Positions 20,001 through 29,684 are shown, numbered from the stretch's first letter. The stretch is DNA of 64,000 nt from Nitrospirota bacterium (GCA_963701855.1 CAVPBK010000013.1:41574-105573); one strand, 5' to 3'. The notes: generated from the letters alone by a model not told the origin. Numbers and translations: made by a program.

Positions 20001-20161
20001 TGCTCCCCATTATGTGGACCACTGGTACGGGCGCTGATGTGATGAAACGAATCGCCGCACCGATGATCGGCGGCATGGTCAGTTCAACAATCCTGACGCT
20101 TCTGGTGATTCCCGCACTGTATTTTGTCTGGAGGCGTTTGAGGTTGACTTCGAAATCTTAG
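17051..20161 (+). CDS. cusA: CusA-type heavy-metal RND permease (Cu/Ag)
   Basis: LDAIPDLSDVQVI, LGPDATGVGWVYQY, GAMVDAAIVMVEN, and the CusA-type Met triad (FMPP, VGMGE, EMITTG). Confidence 0.95.
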   Translation: MIARLIEGSARNPVLVILFVLLLASWGLWAGFQVPLDAIPDLSDVQVIVYTEWQGRSPTLIEDQVTYPIVASLLAGPKVKRVRGVSEYGVSYVYVIFEDRTDLYWARSRVLEYMQKLTGKLPSGVAPTLGPDATGVGWVYQYALVDESGAHDLAQLRSLQDWYLRYQLESVPGVAEVAVVGGFVKQYQIEVDPNTLATYRLPIKTIIEAVRNSNAEVSGRVLEMAGTEYVIRGRGYLRSVDDIELIPVGTDGRGTPILIRDIAHVHIGPDQRRGVAELDGKGQTVGGIVIMRAGENALAVIERIKAKLAEITPALPTGVHIAPTYDRSDLIHRAIAVLREKLVEESIIVSLVAVVFLFHLRSALVAILILPVAVLLAFIPMAYLHITSSIMSLGGIAIAIGAMVDAAIVMVENAHKRLEQSPHADRIETIIAAAKEVGRPLFFSLLVIAVSFLPIFALEAQEGRLFTPLAYTKTFAMLFATALSVTLAPVLMVLLIRGRIRAEAKNPLNWLLVALYRPILSGALRARWMTLGLAVVVVGFTAPIFSRLGAEFMPPLNEGTILYMPTTVPGLSIPESAKVLQVQDHLLTTLPEVERVFGKMGKASTATDPAFVGMGEITVTLKPEAQWRPGMTWDRLLDEMDAKLRIPGFPNIWWMPIQTRTEMITTGVRSPVGIKVLGPDLKTIEKIGLEIEHVLTNVPGTKSAFAERLNEGYYLDLTVNRREAARYGLTVGDVQGVITSAIGGETVTTTVEGRERYPVNVRYKRELRDDPDRLKRVLIPTPSGSQIPLGQIAEMVITQGPPSITDEAGALAGLVSVAVSGRDLRGYVEDAQRAVRARVTLPPGYRLVWAGQYEHLVRAEERLKLVVPVTIGIILLLLYLNFGSLSKSLIVLLSVPFATIGAIWYLDYLGYNLSVAVWVGIIALAGVAAETGVVMLVYLDEAYERRVREGRMATAQDLLEAIMEGAVQRVRPKMMTVAAIMGGLLPIMWTTGTGADVMKRIAAPMIGGMVSSTILTLLVIPALYFVWRRLRLTSKS

Positions 20162-20532
20162 CCTGCATCATTCTGTATCGCGTCGAGCGATGAAATTGAT
20201 CCACCGTCCCTTGCACGGTGCCGATGATAACAACCTCCTGTTTATGAGCGACCGGTCTGGGGAGAAGAACGGCCTCGAACCCTCCGTCATTTTGAGGACT
20301 CCTCAGCATGCCTGCGGTGATCATCAGGAGCAGGCTTCGCAAGATTCTATTCTTATGAAGTAGGCAGAGGCCAGCCGCCACGAGGATCCTCGTGGTCTCC
20401 TTCCGTTCTCAATGCTCAAACATGCAACTTTCGTGACTCACCTCACAGATCGATATACGATGTCGCGTGCCCTCTCAAATACAGAGAGTCACCTGCAATA
20501 CTTCTTCAGCACTATCGGTTGAGACCTTTCTT

Positions 20533-21777
20533 ATGAACCAAGTTCGGCACAATGGGAGCGCGGAAGTCAACGGCCTTCATATGCCGACAGGCCCTGAAAG
20601 TTCGATCTACTCTCAATCGTTTCTTATTCCTGCCCGCTACCCGATCTACTTTACGAACGACGCCTTCGATCCATCTAATTCTTGCCTACTCCAAGCGGTC
20701 ACCCATGCCGAATCGAATCGCCGCCACCGCCTCTTTGCCATCATCGACCAAGGTTTGCTCAAAGCCAGACCATCCCTTCCCAAGAATCTCACTGCCTATG
20801 TCAAGAACCATAAACAGCATATGGAACTGGCGGCACTGCCCTATGTAGTGCCAGGAGGGGAACGATCAAAAAATGACCCAAGCCTTCCGGCAAGGCTGCA
20901 AAAACGGCTCTACCAACTCAACATCGATCGGCAATCGATCGTGCTCATTGTGGGAGGCGGCGCTGTGTTGGATATGGTGGGATACGCTGCTGCAACGACT
21001 CACCGAGGCGTGAGGGTGATCCGCCTCCCCACCACGGTTCTTTCTCAGGGAGACGGAGGGCTTGGCGTCAAGAATGGAATCAACGCCTTTGGAGTCAAGA
21101 ATTTCCTGGGCACCTTTGCCGTACCCTTTGCCATCGTGAACGACGTACAGTTCATCGATACGCTGCCGGCGCGTCACCGAACATCCGGCATGGCCGAGGC
21201 CGTGAAGGTCGCCCTGATTCGCGATGCTGGGTTTTTTGACTGGCTGGAAGCTAATACGGCAGCCCTCTCTAAATTCGAGCCCTCCGCACTGGCTTACCTG
21301 ATCCGCCGCTCAGCGGAGATCCATCTTGGCCACATCGCGTCATCGGGCGACCCGTTCGAATCCGGCAGCGCCCGGCCGCTTGATTTCGGACATTGGGCCG
21401 CTCATAAACTCGAAACGCTCAGTGGGTACCGACTGCACCATGGCGAGGCCGTCGCGATCGGTATGGCAATCGATTCACGTTATTCCAGCGAGATCGGCTT
21501 GTTGAGCGAACAGGCCTGCGAACAGATTCTCTGTCTGCTCGATCGTCTGAAACTTCCCTCCTGGCATCGCACGCTCGACCTCAAGGGACCGGATGGCCGC
21601 CCGAAAATTCTCCAGGGTCTCGATGAATTCAAAGAACATATCGGCGGAGAACTCACCATCACCTTGCTCAAGCAGATCGGGCAAGGCACGGAGGTGGGCC
21701 AGATCGACCAAGCAATCATTCATCGAGCGCTGTCCTGGCTCAGGAAAAGGCATTCCAGCCGATGCGTATCGAGATAG
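20533..21777 (+). CDS. eboD: EboD, sugar-phosphate cyclase (3-dehydroquinate synthase-like); start uncertain
   Basis: GGGAVLDMVGYAAA, RLPTTVLSQ, KNFLGTF and GSARPLDFGHWAAHKLE; ebo context. Confidence 0.88.
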   Translation: MNQVRHNGSAEVNGLHMPTGPESSIYSQSFLIPARYPIYFTNDAFDPSNSCLLQAVTHAESNRRHRLFAIIDQGLLKARPSLPKNLTAYVKNHKQHMELAALPYVVPGGERSKNDPSLPARLQKRLYQLNIDRQSIVLIVGGGAVLDMVGYAAATTHRGVRVIRLPTTVLSQGDGGLGVKNGINAFGVKNFLGTFAVPFAIVNDVQFIDTLPARHRTSGMAEAVKVALIRDAGFFDWLEANTAALSKFEPSALAYLIRRSAEIHLGHIASSGDPFESGSARPLDFGHWAAHKLETLSGYRLHHGEAVAIGMAIDSRYSSEIGLLSEQACEQILCLLDRLKLPSWHRTLDLKGPDGRPKILQGLDEFKEHIGGELTITLLKQIGQGTEVGQIDQAIIHRALSWLRKRHSSRCVSR

Positions 21778-22979
21778 CCGGACGTCCCCACCTGACGTAC
21801 TGCACCAATATCCACTCCGGAGAAACCTGGCCGGAGATTCTCAAGAATGTGGAGCAGTACGTGCTCCACATCAAAAGGAAAGTCGCGCCGGACTGTGCCT
21901 ATGGAATCGGGCTCCGGCTTTCCGGTCAAGCCGCTCAAGCCCTTGCAGACCCTAAGGAACTGAACGCCTTCCGACAGTTTCTTCACAACCAGAACCTCTA
22001 TGTCTTCACCATCAACGGATTCCCGCAGGGCACCTTCCACGGAACACGGGTCAAAGAGAAGGTCTATCTACCGGACTGGCTGGACGAGGAGCGGCTCGAC
22101 TATGCCGATCAATGCGCACATGTTTTGGCGGCATTACTTACCGACCACCCAGATATCGAAGGCAGCGTCAGCACCGTCCCCGGTGCGTTCAAGCCACGTG
22201 CTCGATCAGACCAGGCAACTTCCCGTATCGCCGGTCAGCTCCTGCGACACGCGGCTACGTTACATCGACTTCAAGAAACAACGGGTCGCATCATCACATG
22301 CGCTCTGGAGCCGGAACCCTGCTGCCTGCTCGAAACGATGGCGGAAACCGTGTCCTTCTTTAAGACCCATCTGTTCGGCGCCACGGCTGTCGCGGATTTC
22401 TCCAGACTGACCGGTCTCAAGATCCCCCAGGCCGAAGATGCACTGCGACGGCATCTCGGCGTGTGCTTGGATGCCTGCCATGCTGCGGTCGAATTCGAAG
22501 ACCCTGACGATGTACTGTCCACCCTCCGCAACGCAGGCATCCGTATCCTGAAAATCCAATTGAGTGCGGGACTCCGCATCTCCTGTCTCGATAACGAGAC
22601 CCTTGCGGCGCTGCAACCGTTCGCGGAATCGACCTACCTCCATCAGGTTGTCGAGCGCACCGGGAGCGAACTGACTCGCTATGTGGACCTGCCCCACGCC
22701 CTTCAAGCCGCCAACGAGAGAGGAGAGACCGGTGCTCACGACCGAGAATGGCGTATCCACTTTCATGTCCCACTCTTTCTGAAACAACTCGGTCCGTTCG
22801 AGAACACCCAGCCCTTCCTCGCTCGCTTGCTTCAGCTCCAAGTGGAGCAGATGCCCACCTCCCATCTAGAGATCGAAACCTATACTTGGGGTGTGCTCCC
22901 GGAAGAGTACCGTAGAATGCCTGTGGTCGATGCCATCACACTAGAAATGCAATGGGTAATCGAGGCGCTCACTCGATGA
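21762..22979 (+). CDS. eboE: EboE, xylose-isomerase-like TIM barrel
   Basis: LTYCTNIHSGETW, TINGFP, VKEKVYLPDW, LEPEP, YLHQV, WRIHFHVP, HLEIETYTW. Confidence 0.93.
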   Translation: MRIEIAGRPHLTYCTNIHSGETWPEILKNVEQYVLHIKRKVAPDCAYGIGLRLSGQAAQALADPKELNAFRQFLHNQNLYVFTINGFPQGTFHGTRVKEKVYLPDWLDEERLDYADQCAHVLAALLTDHPDIEGSVSTVPGAFKPRARSDQATSRIAGQLLRHAATLHRLQETTGRIITCALEPEPCCLLETMAETVSFFKTHLFGATAVADFSRLTGLKIPQAEDALRRHLGVCLDACHAAVEFEDPDDVLSTLRNAGIRILKIQLSAGLRISCLDNETLAALQPFAESTYLHQVVERTGSELTRYVDLPHALQAANERGETGAHDREWRIHFHVPLFLKQLGPFENTQPFLARLLQLQVEQMPTSHLEIETYTWGVLPEEYRRMPVVDAITLEMQWVIEALTR

Positions 22980-23848
22980 ACTGGTCGACGGCACTTCGGC
23001 TTGGCCGCGTTTCGAACCTTCCCACAATCTGGACGAACATCCTGGCAGGAGCGGTCTTATCCGGCGCCATAATCACACCGTTGTCGCTCGCCCTGCTTGT
23101 GCTCACTCTTTCCCTCTTCTACGTCGCAGGCATGTATTTGAACGATGCCTTCGATCGGGAATTCGATGCCGTGGCCTATCCCAGGCGGCCGATTCCTTCC
23201 GGCGCCGTCTTGGCACGGACGGTCTTCACCGTCGGATTCCTCGGACTCGCAACAGGCGAGTTGCTTCTCATCGCTCTCGGATACGGAGTGGCAGACGGTC
23301 ATGGCTGGCCACCGGCGCTCGCCGGCTTGTGCCTCGCTGCAACCATCGTCTATTACAATCTCCGCCACAAGAACAACCCCTATGGGCCACTGTTGATGGG
23401 GCTCTGCCGCGTGCAGGTGTATCTGACGACCGCGCTGGCCCTTGCGCCGACGCTGCCTGAGCGCGTGTGGTGGGGAGCAGGCTTACTATTTATCTATATC
23501 ATCGGTCTGAGCTACATCGCACGCCAGGAAACGTTGGCGCGGCTGACCAACTTGTGGCCACTGGCTTTCCTGGCCGCACCATTTTTCTATGGGATACAGG
23601 GCGCACTACAGAGCATCATCCCGGCATTGATCTACGTGGGATTCATTGTGTGGGTCTTGCATGCGGTGAGGCGGCTGGCCCAGCGTGCTCAATTTGATGT
23701 TCGGGAGGGGGTCTCAACCCTCATCGCGGGAATTGCCTTGCTCGACGCGCTACTCATCTCGCTGGCAGGCGAACCGTGGCTGGCGGTGGCCGCCGCTGGT
23801 GGTTGCCTCCTTACCCGACTGGCTCACCGTCTCATTCCTGGAACCTGA
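22976..23848 (+). CDS. eboC: EboC, UbiA-family prenyltransferase
   Basis: RVSNLPT, GMYLNDAFDREFD..RRPIPSG, MGLCR; ATGA coupling to eboE. Confidence 0.9.
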   Translation: MNWSTALRLGRVSNLPTIWTNILAGAVLSGAIITPLSLALLVLTLSLFYVAGMYLNDAFDREFDAVAYPRRPIPSGAVLARTVFTVGFLGLATGELLLIALGYGVADGHGWPPALAGLCLAATIVYYNLRHKNNPYGPLLMGLCRVQVYLTTALALAPTLPERVWWGAGLLFIYIIGLSYIARQETLARLTNLWPLAFLAAPFFYGIQGALQSIIPALIYVGFIVWVLHAVRRLAQRAQFDVREGVSTLIAGIALLDALLISLAGEPWLAVAAAGGCLLTRLAHRLIPGT

Positions 23849-25222
23849 TCGCCAAACACATGGCGCAAAATCAGCCCCTTCACATCTACGGCGGCCACGG
23901 CCCCAACCGGGAGATGCCTTGAGTCCGAGGTGATCAATAACGGTCCTTGTTCAGGTTTATCCGTCACCCGACCGTGAGAACCTTTTGGTAGCGTGGCATC
24001 CAAGCTGATCACATCCATCAGCATCCTGAATCCCAGTTTCTTCTGCGCAAGACGCCACGCAACGCGCAGCTTCGGCAAGCGAAGCGCTGGGTCGATGAAC
24101 AACTCCACCGGGTCATAGCCGGGCTTGCGATGGATGTCCACGCTCCGCGCAAAGTCCGGCGCCCGTTCATCATCCCGCCAATAGTAGTAACTAAACCAAC
24201 GGTCCGAACGAGACACCGCAATCAGTTCGCCTGACCGGGCATGGTCCAGTCCATAGCGCCGCTTTCCTTCTTCGTCGAGCACCAGTTCAATTCCCGGCAC
24301 CTGGCCAAGCAGCCGCTTGACCTCCGGAACCCGATCGGACGACTTCACATAGACGTGGGCAATCTGATGATCCGCCACGGCAAATGCCTCGGAGGCTCCC
24401 GCATTCAGCAGTTCGCGGCCAAGTTCCTCACGTACCGCGAGCAGATTCGCCTCGCGCAAGAACCGATTGATGTGGACCGGTCCGTTCACGTCAGTAATGC
24501 CGTACTCGGACAGGACGATCACACGAGTCCCGTCCTTTTCCACATGTTCAATCAACTCGCCACACACTGCGTCGATCTGGCGGAGGTCTTGGCGGATAGC
24601 CGGGTGCTTAGGACCGAGGCGTTGCAGGTTATAGTCGAGATGCGGCAGGTATACCAATGTAAGCGTCGGCTTCTGCTGGTCATAAACATGTCGCGCACAA
24701 TCCGCAATCCACTGACTTGAAAGGATGTCCGCTGCAGGACCCCAAAATCGAAAGAGGGGGAATTGGCCCAGCTTCTGATTCAATTCTTCTCTGAGCCAGG
24801 CCGGCTGGGTATAGATGTCGGGGAATTTCCCTCCATCCGCCAGATAGATGGGACGGGGCGTAACCGTGTAATTCGCCGTCGAGTGCATGTTGTACCACCA
24901 GAAAAGTTTCGCGCAGGTGAAGGAAGGATCGACCTGGCGGGCCGCCTCCCAGATCTTCTCGCCTTCCATCAATTGATTAGACTGCCGCCACAGGAAAACC
25001 TCGGCCAGATCGCGAAAGTACCAACCATTGCCGACGATCCCGTGATCGCGAGGTAAGAGCCCTGTTAGAAACGTCGACTGTACCGAACAGGTCACGGCAG
25101 GTGTGACCGTCGAAAGCGAGCGGACCCCGCCACGCTGGGCCAGGGAGGCAAGATGTCGGTGTGTCCTGACCGAGTAGGTCGAGCGTGAGCCCGACGACGT
25201 TAAGAACGAGTGTGCGGTGCAT
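23824..25222 (-). CDS. eboF: EboF, alkaline phosphatase/nucleotide pyrophosphatase family; extra base near 25156 splits the N-terminus
   Basis: MHRTLVLNVVGLT..TP|HLASLA..PAVTCSVQSTFLTG, YLPHLDYNLQR, VDIHRKPGYDPVELF, GSHG. Confidence 0.9.
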
Positions 25223-26117
25223 GAGATTGGCGAGGAGTTTCGACTACCGGATTTTGCCCACGAAGGACGGAGTTGCCCTCCCACAATTGACGCTGGTCGA
25301 CCGCTGGATGAGTATCCGCCAGACTGAGGCCGAGGCGCCCGGACTGGCTGAAAAATGTGACCGGGTTGTCCCACACAATACGGGCGATGGTGTCGCGCGC
25401 GATATCCGCCGCCACCATCGCCTGCACAGTCTTGGGAACCTTTAAGGGATCGCTGACTCCCCAATCAGCAGCACTGTTAATGAGAATCCGTTCGCTGCCG
25501 TACTGCTTCACGAGTTGTACCATCCGTTGTTCATCCATCTTGGTCTTCGGATAGATTGAATGGCCGGCCCAGCAGCCGCTGGCAAGCACCTGCTCAAGCG
25601 TCTCCTCGTTGTTATGGTCGATCAACACCAACTCAGGGTTGATGCCCGATTCACGCACGAGTGCCAACGTCCGTTCCGTACCACGCTTTTTATCGCGATG
25701 CGGCGTATGGACCAGCACGGGAAGCGCAAACTCCTTTGCCAGCTCGACCTGTGCCGAGAAATACTTTGCTTCCGCTTCAGTCTGATCGTCAAACCCGACC
25801 TCGCCGACTGCGACAACCCCATCTTTATCGAGATACTGTCGCAATAGATCGATAACACCCTGTGCCACCTTCGGATTGTTGGCTTCCTTGGGATTCAAGG
25901 CAAGTGTGCAGAAATGGCGAACCCCGAACTGGCTTGCTCGGAAACGTTCCCAGCCCAGCAGAGACAGAAAGTAGTCTTCAAAGGTCCCGACGTGTGTGCG
26001 AGGCTGGCCGACCCAGAAGGCCGGCTCCACGATCGCCCCAATCCCTGCATCCGCCATCGCGGCATAGTCGTCTGTCGTACGGGACGTCATATGAATGTGC
26101 GGATCAAAAAGCATCAT
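25200..26117 (-). CDS. eboB: EboB, TatD-family hydrolase
   Basis: DPHIHMTSRTTDDY, EPAFWVGQPR, HTPHRDK, INSAADWGVSDPL. Confidence 0.93.
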   Translation of the reverse strand: MMLFDPHIHMTSRTTDDYAAMADAGIGAIVEPAFWVGQPRTHVGTFEDYFLSLLGWERFRASQFGVRHFCTLALNPKEANNPKVAQGVIDLLRQYLDKDGVVAVGEVGFDDQTEAEAKYFSAQVELAKEFALPVLVHTPHRDKKRGTERTLALVRESGINPELVLIDHNNEETLEQVLASGCWAGHSIYPKTKMDEQRMVQLVKQYGSERILINSAADWGVSDPLKVPKTVQAMVAADIARDTIARIVWDNPVTFFSQSGRLGLSLADTHPAVDQRQLWEGNSVLRGQNPVVETPRQSHAPHTRS

Positions 26118-26123
26118 CGCGCG

Positions 26124-26810
26124 CTACCCTCCACTCGTGATGAGTTGAATATCGTCGGACACAGGACGTCCGGCAGCAGTCCGCTCTTGCACATAGTCCT
26201 TTGCCATCCTCACAAGAACAGGTGCAATTCTGGGAGGCAGCCCTATAATCCGCTGCAGGGGAACGCCGATAAAAATCGCTTTCATCACCATCTGGTTAAA
26301 GCTCAACTCCGGAAAATGACGAGCGGGATAGGGATTCTCGCAGGCGATCGCTTCAAAGACTGTCTGCACGTTCGAACGGCAGGCCTCCACTGCGGTCGAG
26401 AGAAAACGATCCGGCTCCGGCAGAAGCGGCAGGGCATGCAACAGCGCCTCGCGTTCTGCATTGTCGCCTCGCGCATACAGGGCCTCGATCCATTCAGCAT
26501 GTTCATTCAGAGCCAGGTATTCCGTTGCGCATAATAGGAGAACCGTTCGCCCCAATTCGTGAAGCGCATGTCCTTGAAAGAGCGGGAGACCGGACGAGGA
26601 GAGTGCGCGAACTTCGTCTGGATCAAGTTCCAACGACGCGCCACCGAGCTTTCGAGCAGCTCTTGTATAGGCTTTATCAAACTCCTCCGGTCGAAACGGC
26701 GACGTAATATTCGCAAGTATGTCATTCCACCACTGCCTCGATGTGGGAGTGCAGTGACGACAGATCAGTTCGTAATAGAGGCGCGTTGGTGCGTTCAATG
26801 TCCTGCACAC
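26124..26810 (-). CDS. eboA: EboA-domain protein
   Basis: GDNAEREALLHALP, ACRSN, AIACENPYP, FNQMVMKAIF, ERTAAGR. Confidence 0.9.
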   Translation of the reverse strand: MCRTLNAPTRLYYELICRHCTPTSRQWWNDILANITSPFRPEEFDKAYTRAARKLGGASLELDPDEVRALSSSGLPLFQGHALHELGRTVLLLCATEYLALNEHAEWIEALYARGDNAEREALLHALPLLPEPDRFLSTAVEACRSNVQTVFEAIACENPYPARHFPELSFNQMVMKAIFIGVPLQRIIGLPPRIAPVLVRMAKDYVQERTAAGRPVSDDIQLITSGG

Positions 26811-26811
26811 T

Positions 26812-27231
26812 TCACGGAAGCGTGGCTGCGTGACTCAAGAGGGTGTGGATTTCGGCTTGCGAGAGATCCTGAGGATCCTTGTAGGCAATTCCTATGATAG
26901 CCCGAATCTTTTGTTGACTATCTCGAACCGGCAACGCAACCCCTGACCCTGCATTCACCGCCTTGGCACCTGGGCGAACATTGCCGGAGTTATCTTCCTT
27001 GAGGTTACAAGTCAGAACCGGCTCATCACGCTCCCATGCTAGGCCGGCCATGCCCTTCCCCCGAGGAATCTCCTCGACCAACTTACGGACATGCGGAGGA
27101 ATATTGAGCGCCGCCGAGAGCATCAGGATTTCTCCTTCAAGCAGATGAATCGTTCCCGACACCCCGCCATGGGCCTCGACAAACCGTGATAGCCATTCGG
27201 CGTGATCTATTGGTGGCGGAACCTTACTCAT
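26812..27231 (-). CDS. Stand-alone GAF-domain protein
   Basis: IPRGKGMAGLAW..PV..ALPV GAF pattern; ends 1 nt before the eboA start. Confidence 0.8.
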   Translation of the reverse strand: MSKVPPPIDHAEWLSRFVEAHGGVSGTIHLLEGEILMLSAALNIPPHVRKLVEEIPRGKGMAGLAWERDEPVLTCNLKEDNSGNVRPGAKAVNAGSGVALPVRDSQQKIRAIIGIAYKDPQDLSQAEIHTLLSHAATLP

Positions 27232-27288
27232 CAACAAGCCCTCTCTGAACCTATGGTACTGAAAAGCTCAGCGATTGGAAAGGTAAAC

Positions 27289-27975
27289 TCAAATCTCATC
27301 ATCCATTCTGCCGCGTCTTATTGATTCCACAGGAGGACGTCGAGCCAACAGATTCAACCACCGGCCTTTCCGTTCTTGATTGATCACGACTTTTAGCGTC
27401 ACAATCTCCCACCCGGCCCTACGCAACGCGCTCGCCAATTCAGTTTTTCTCCACCGCGCAAAGTAGCGGCCAGGAATCCATCCCCGTTCCAGGATTCGAC
27501 TTCTGGTTCCATAGGTAAGGGTCGCCGCCAACAACCCGCCCGATCCCGCTAGGCGATGGAGTTCCCTCAGCACCTGGAATGCGGCAGGCTTCGGCAGATG
27601 CATCAGTGACGCCATCGCCCAGATGCCGCCCAGGCTAGCGGAACGAACTGGAAGAGATCGCATATCAGCGAGAACGAGCGGCAGGGATGGAGCACGTGTC
27701 TTCCCGAAGCGAAGCAGTGGTAGTGTGCAATCCAGCCCGATGACACAGTAGCCTGCGGCTTTGAGGTAGCGCGCATCCTGCCCTCCCCCGCAGCCAAGAT
27801 CGAGGAGGACCGCTCGTGGAGGCAACAGCGCCAGCCAATCGACTAACAGGGCCGAACGCTTGTATCGCCGTTTTCCCCAGCGCGCGAGGAAGAGCCGTAC
27901 CTCTCGATCATAAGTCTCAAGGGTCTGCGCAACCACGCGGCTTGTGGTATGGTAACGCGTCTTACGGATAGCCAT
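27289..27975 (-). CDS. Class I SAM-dependent methyltransferase
   Basis: LLDLGCGGG, ADMRSLP and IWAMASLMHLP motifs. Confidence 0.88.
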   Translation of the reverse strand: MAIRKTRYHTTSRVVAQTLETYDREVRLFLARWGKRRYKRSALLVDWLALLPPRAVLLDLGCGGGQDARYLKAAGYCVIGLDCTLPLLRFGKTRAPSLPLVLADMRSLPVRSASLGGIWAMASLMHLPKPAAFQVLRELHRLAGSGGLLAATLTYGTRSRILERGWIPGRYFARWRKTELASALRRAGWEIVTLKVVINQERKGRWLNLLARRPPVESIRRGRMDDEI

Positions 27976-27979
27976 TCAC

Positions 27980-28303
27980 ATGGAGATGATCGTGGTGATA
28001 TCTCGTGGGAGCCTCTCAGTCATCCTGCTTACCCTTGCCCTCGCCGCGGCGTCCCATGCCGAATCCGCAGATCCACCCTGCGACAAATATCCCGCTGCTA
28101 AACAGACCACTTGTGCGGCAATCTGGAAATCGCTGTACCAGGAAGATGGCCCTGTGATCGCGCAATTCGGGCTGGACCAGTTGAAGCGGCGCGAGGAAGG
28201 CAAAATCAACGCCGAGCAACACCTCGGAGAAAACATGGCCTTCATTAAACAGTCCACCGAGAAACGCCTTGCACGATTGAAAGAGCGGATGGCCAAAGAG
28301 TAG
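27980..28303 (+). CDS. Small secreted hypothetical protein
   Basis: Signal peptide (ASHA|E), two Cys, helical remainder. Confidence 0.65.
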   Translation: MEMIVVISRGSLSVILLTLALAAASHAESADPPCDKYPAAKQTTCAAIWKSLYQEDGPVIAQFGLDQLKRREEGKINAEQHLGENMAFIKQSTEKRLARLKERMAKE

Positions 28304-28306
28304 GCC

Positions 28307-28819
28307 TCATAACGTGTCGGTTTTCGGCTTCTCCGGCAACCTACCGGCTGAGTTCAACAGATCCCGCCCCACGATGATCGGCGCCTTAAAGTGAATGGCG
28401 AGCGCAATCGAGTCTGACGACCGGCTATCGAACACTTTCACATTGTCCTTGAACGCCACGGTCAACGCGCCGGAGTAGGTTCCGCTTTTCAGCGTAATGA
28501 CTGTCTGCGTGATTTTACCGCCAAACGCTTCAAGGATCGTACGCATTAAATCATGCGTCATGGGGCGGGGCAACTGTTCACCATTCAATGCGCCTTGGAT
28601 GGATACGGCGACAGTAACGTCGACAAAGATCGGAATGACCTTGCCTTCCGCCTGCAAGAGCACGATCGGTCCATGATCCGACATGCGAACCTTCACGTCC
28701 GTGATCGTCACCTGCTCCGAAGTTGCCGAGGGGGCTGCGTCGGCCTGCGCAACCGGCAGCGTGAGCGCGCCGAGAACACAGAGAGAGAGGACAAACCGCT
28801 TGCATGCCATCATGATCAC
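28307..28819 (-). CDS. Bifunctional nuclease (DUF151) family protein with a signal peptide
   Basis: IPIFV..PRPMTHDL..DSRSSDSIALA. Confidence 0.85.
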   Translation of the reverse strand: MIMMACKRFVLSLCVLGALTLPVAQADAAPSATSEQVTITDVKVRMSDHGPIVLLQAEGKVIPIFVDVTVAVSIQGALNGEQLPRPMTHDLMRTILEAFGGKITQTVITLKSGTYSGALTVAFKDNVKVFDSRSSDSIALAIHFKAPIIVGRDLLNSAGRLPEKPKTDTL

Positions 28820-28838
28820 CCCTCCTGCAGCGAGCTGT

Positions 28839-29045
28839 CAGGCTGCGGAAAAACTATGTCGGTACGCGAGAACTTCGGTGGTCCGCACATGTGACACAAG
28901 CCCGGTCTGTCTGGTCTATCTGATTCGTCTGGTTCATCTGGTTTGTTTAGTTCCTCCAATTGGTCTTGCTAAACCAAACAAACGAGATAAACCAAATAAA
29001 CCAAATAACGATCTTCTTCTGCTGGAGGACTTTTTCAGCATCCTG
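28839..29045. repeat. MITE-like repeat A
   Basis: Ends CAGGCTGCGGAAAAA and TTTTTCAGCATCCTG; ~9-nt periodic palindromic interior; abuts CTAG. Confidence 0.75.
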
Positions 29046-29684
29046 CTAGACACGGACAAACTGATTCGTCGTTTTCTCCACTCCGATTTCAGTCTCCGGT
29101 CCATGCCCCGTCACCACGATCGTCGTGTCCTTCAAGGTGTACAGCCGTTCTCGAATGGATTGCTCAATGGCGTCGAAGTCTCCGCCCCAGAGATCGGTTC
29201 GCCCGATGCTACCGCGAAAGAGTGTGTCCCCGGCCAAGACAAAGTTATCGGACGGGAAATGAAAACTCATAGACCCGGGGGTGTGGCCTGGCGTATAGAG
29301 CGCGACAGCAGAGACCTGGCCGACCAGCAGCTTCTCTTCATCCTTGAGCAGGTAGTCGGGCATGGGGACAGGCACGTAAACAACACCGAACATCCGGCAC
29401 TGCAACTCAAGATTCTTCCACAGCTCAAGATCATTCTGATGCAGACAGATCGTCGCCCCCGTCGCCTTCTTCAGTTCGCCGGATGCGAGAAAATGGTCGA
29501 AGTGGGCATGGGTGTGAAGAATATGCGTGACCGTCAATCCAAGTTCCTGCACCTCGCGCAGAATTCGCTCGTAGGCGCCGCCCGGATCGACCACGATCGC
29601 CTGTTTCGTCACCGGATCACCGATGATCGAGCAATTGCAGCCAAGAGGCGGGACAGAGAATGTTTTTCTGATCATGGTGGACAT
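29046..29684 (-). CDS. MBL-fold hydrolase (glyoxalase II-like)
   Basis: THAHFDH, TPGHTPG, GDTLFRGSIGRTDL, GHG. Confidence 0.92.
   Translation of the reverse strand: MSTMIRKTFSVPPLGCNCSIIGDPVTKQAIVVDPGGAYERILREVQELGLTVTHILHTHAHFDHFLASGELKKATGATICLHQNDLELWKNLELQCRMFGVVYVPVPMPDYLLKDEEKLLVGQVSAVALYTPGHTPGSMSFHFPSDNFVLAGDTLFRGSIGRTDLWGGDFDAIEQSIRERLYTLKDTTIVVTGHGPETEIGVEKTTNQFVRV

Noticed and set aside
20162..20460. ORF 20079..20381 between cusA and eboD
   Set aside because: Overlaps the cusA end in antisense, has an atypical start and no recognisable motif.
20533..21777. Housekeeping aroB
   Set aside because: The GSARPLDFGHW motif and the ebo context indicate the EboD cyclase subgroup.
28890..29015. 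Periodic short repeats as a CRISPR array
   Set aside because: Units are degenerate ~9-mers without unique spacers, form a hairpin inside a MITE-like element, and no cas genes are present.
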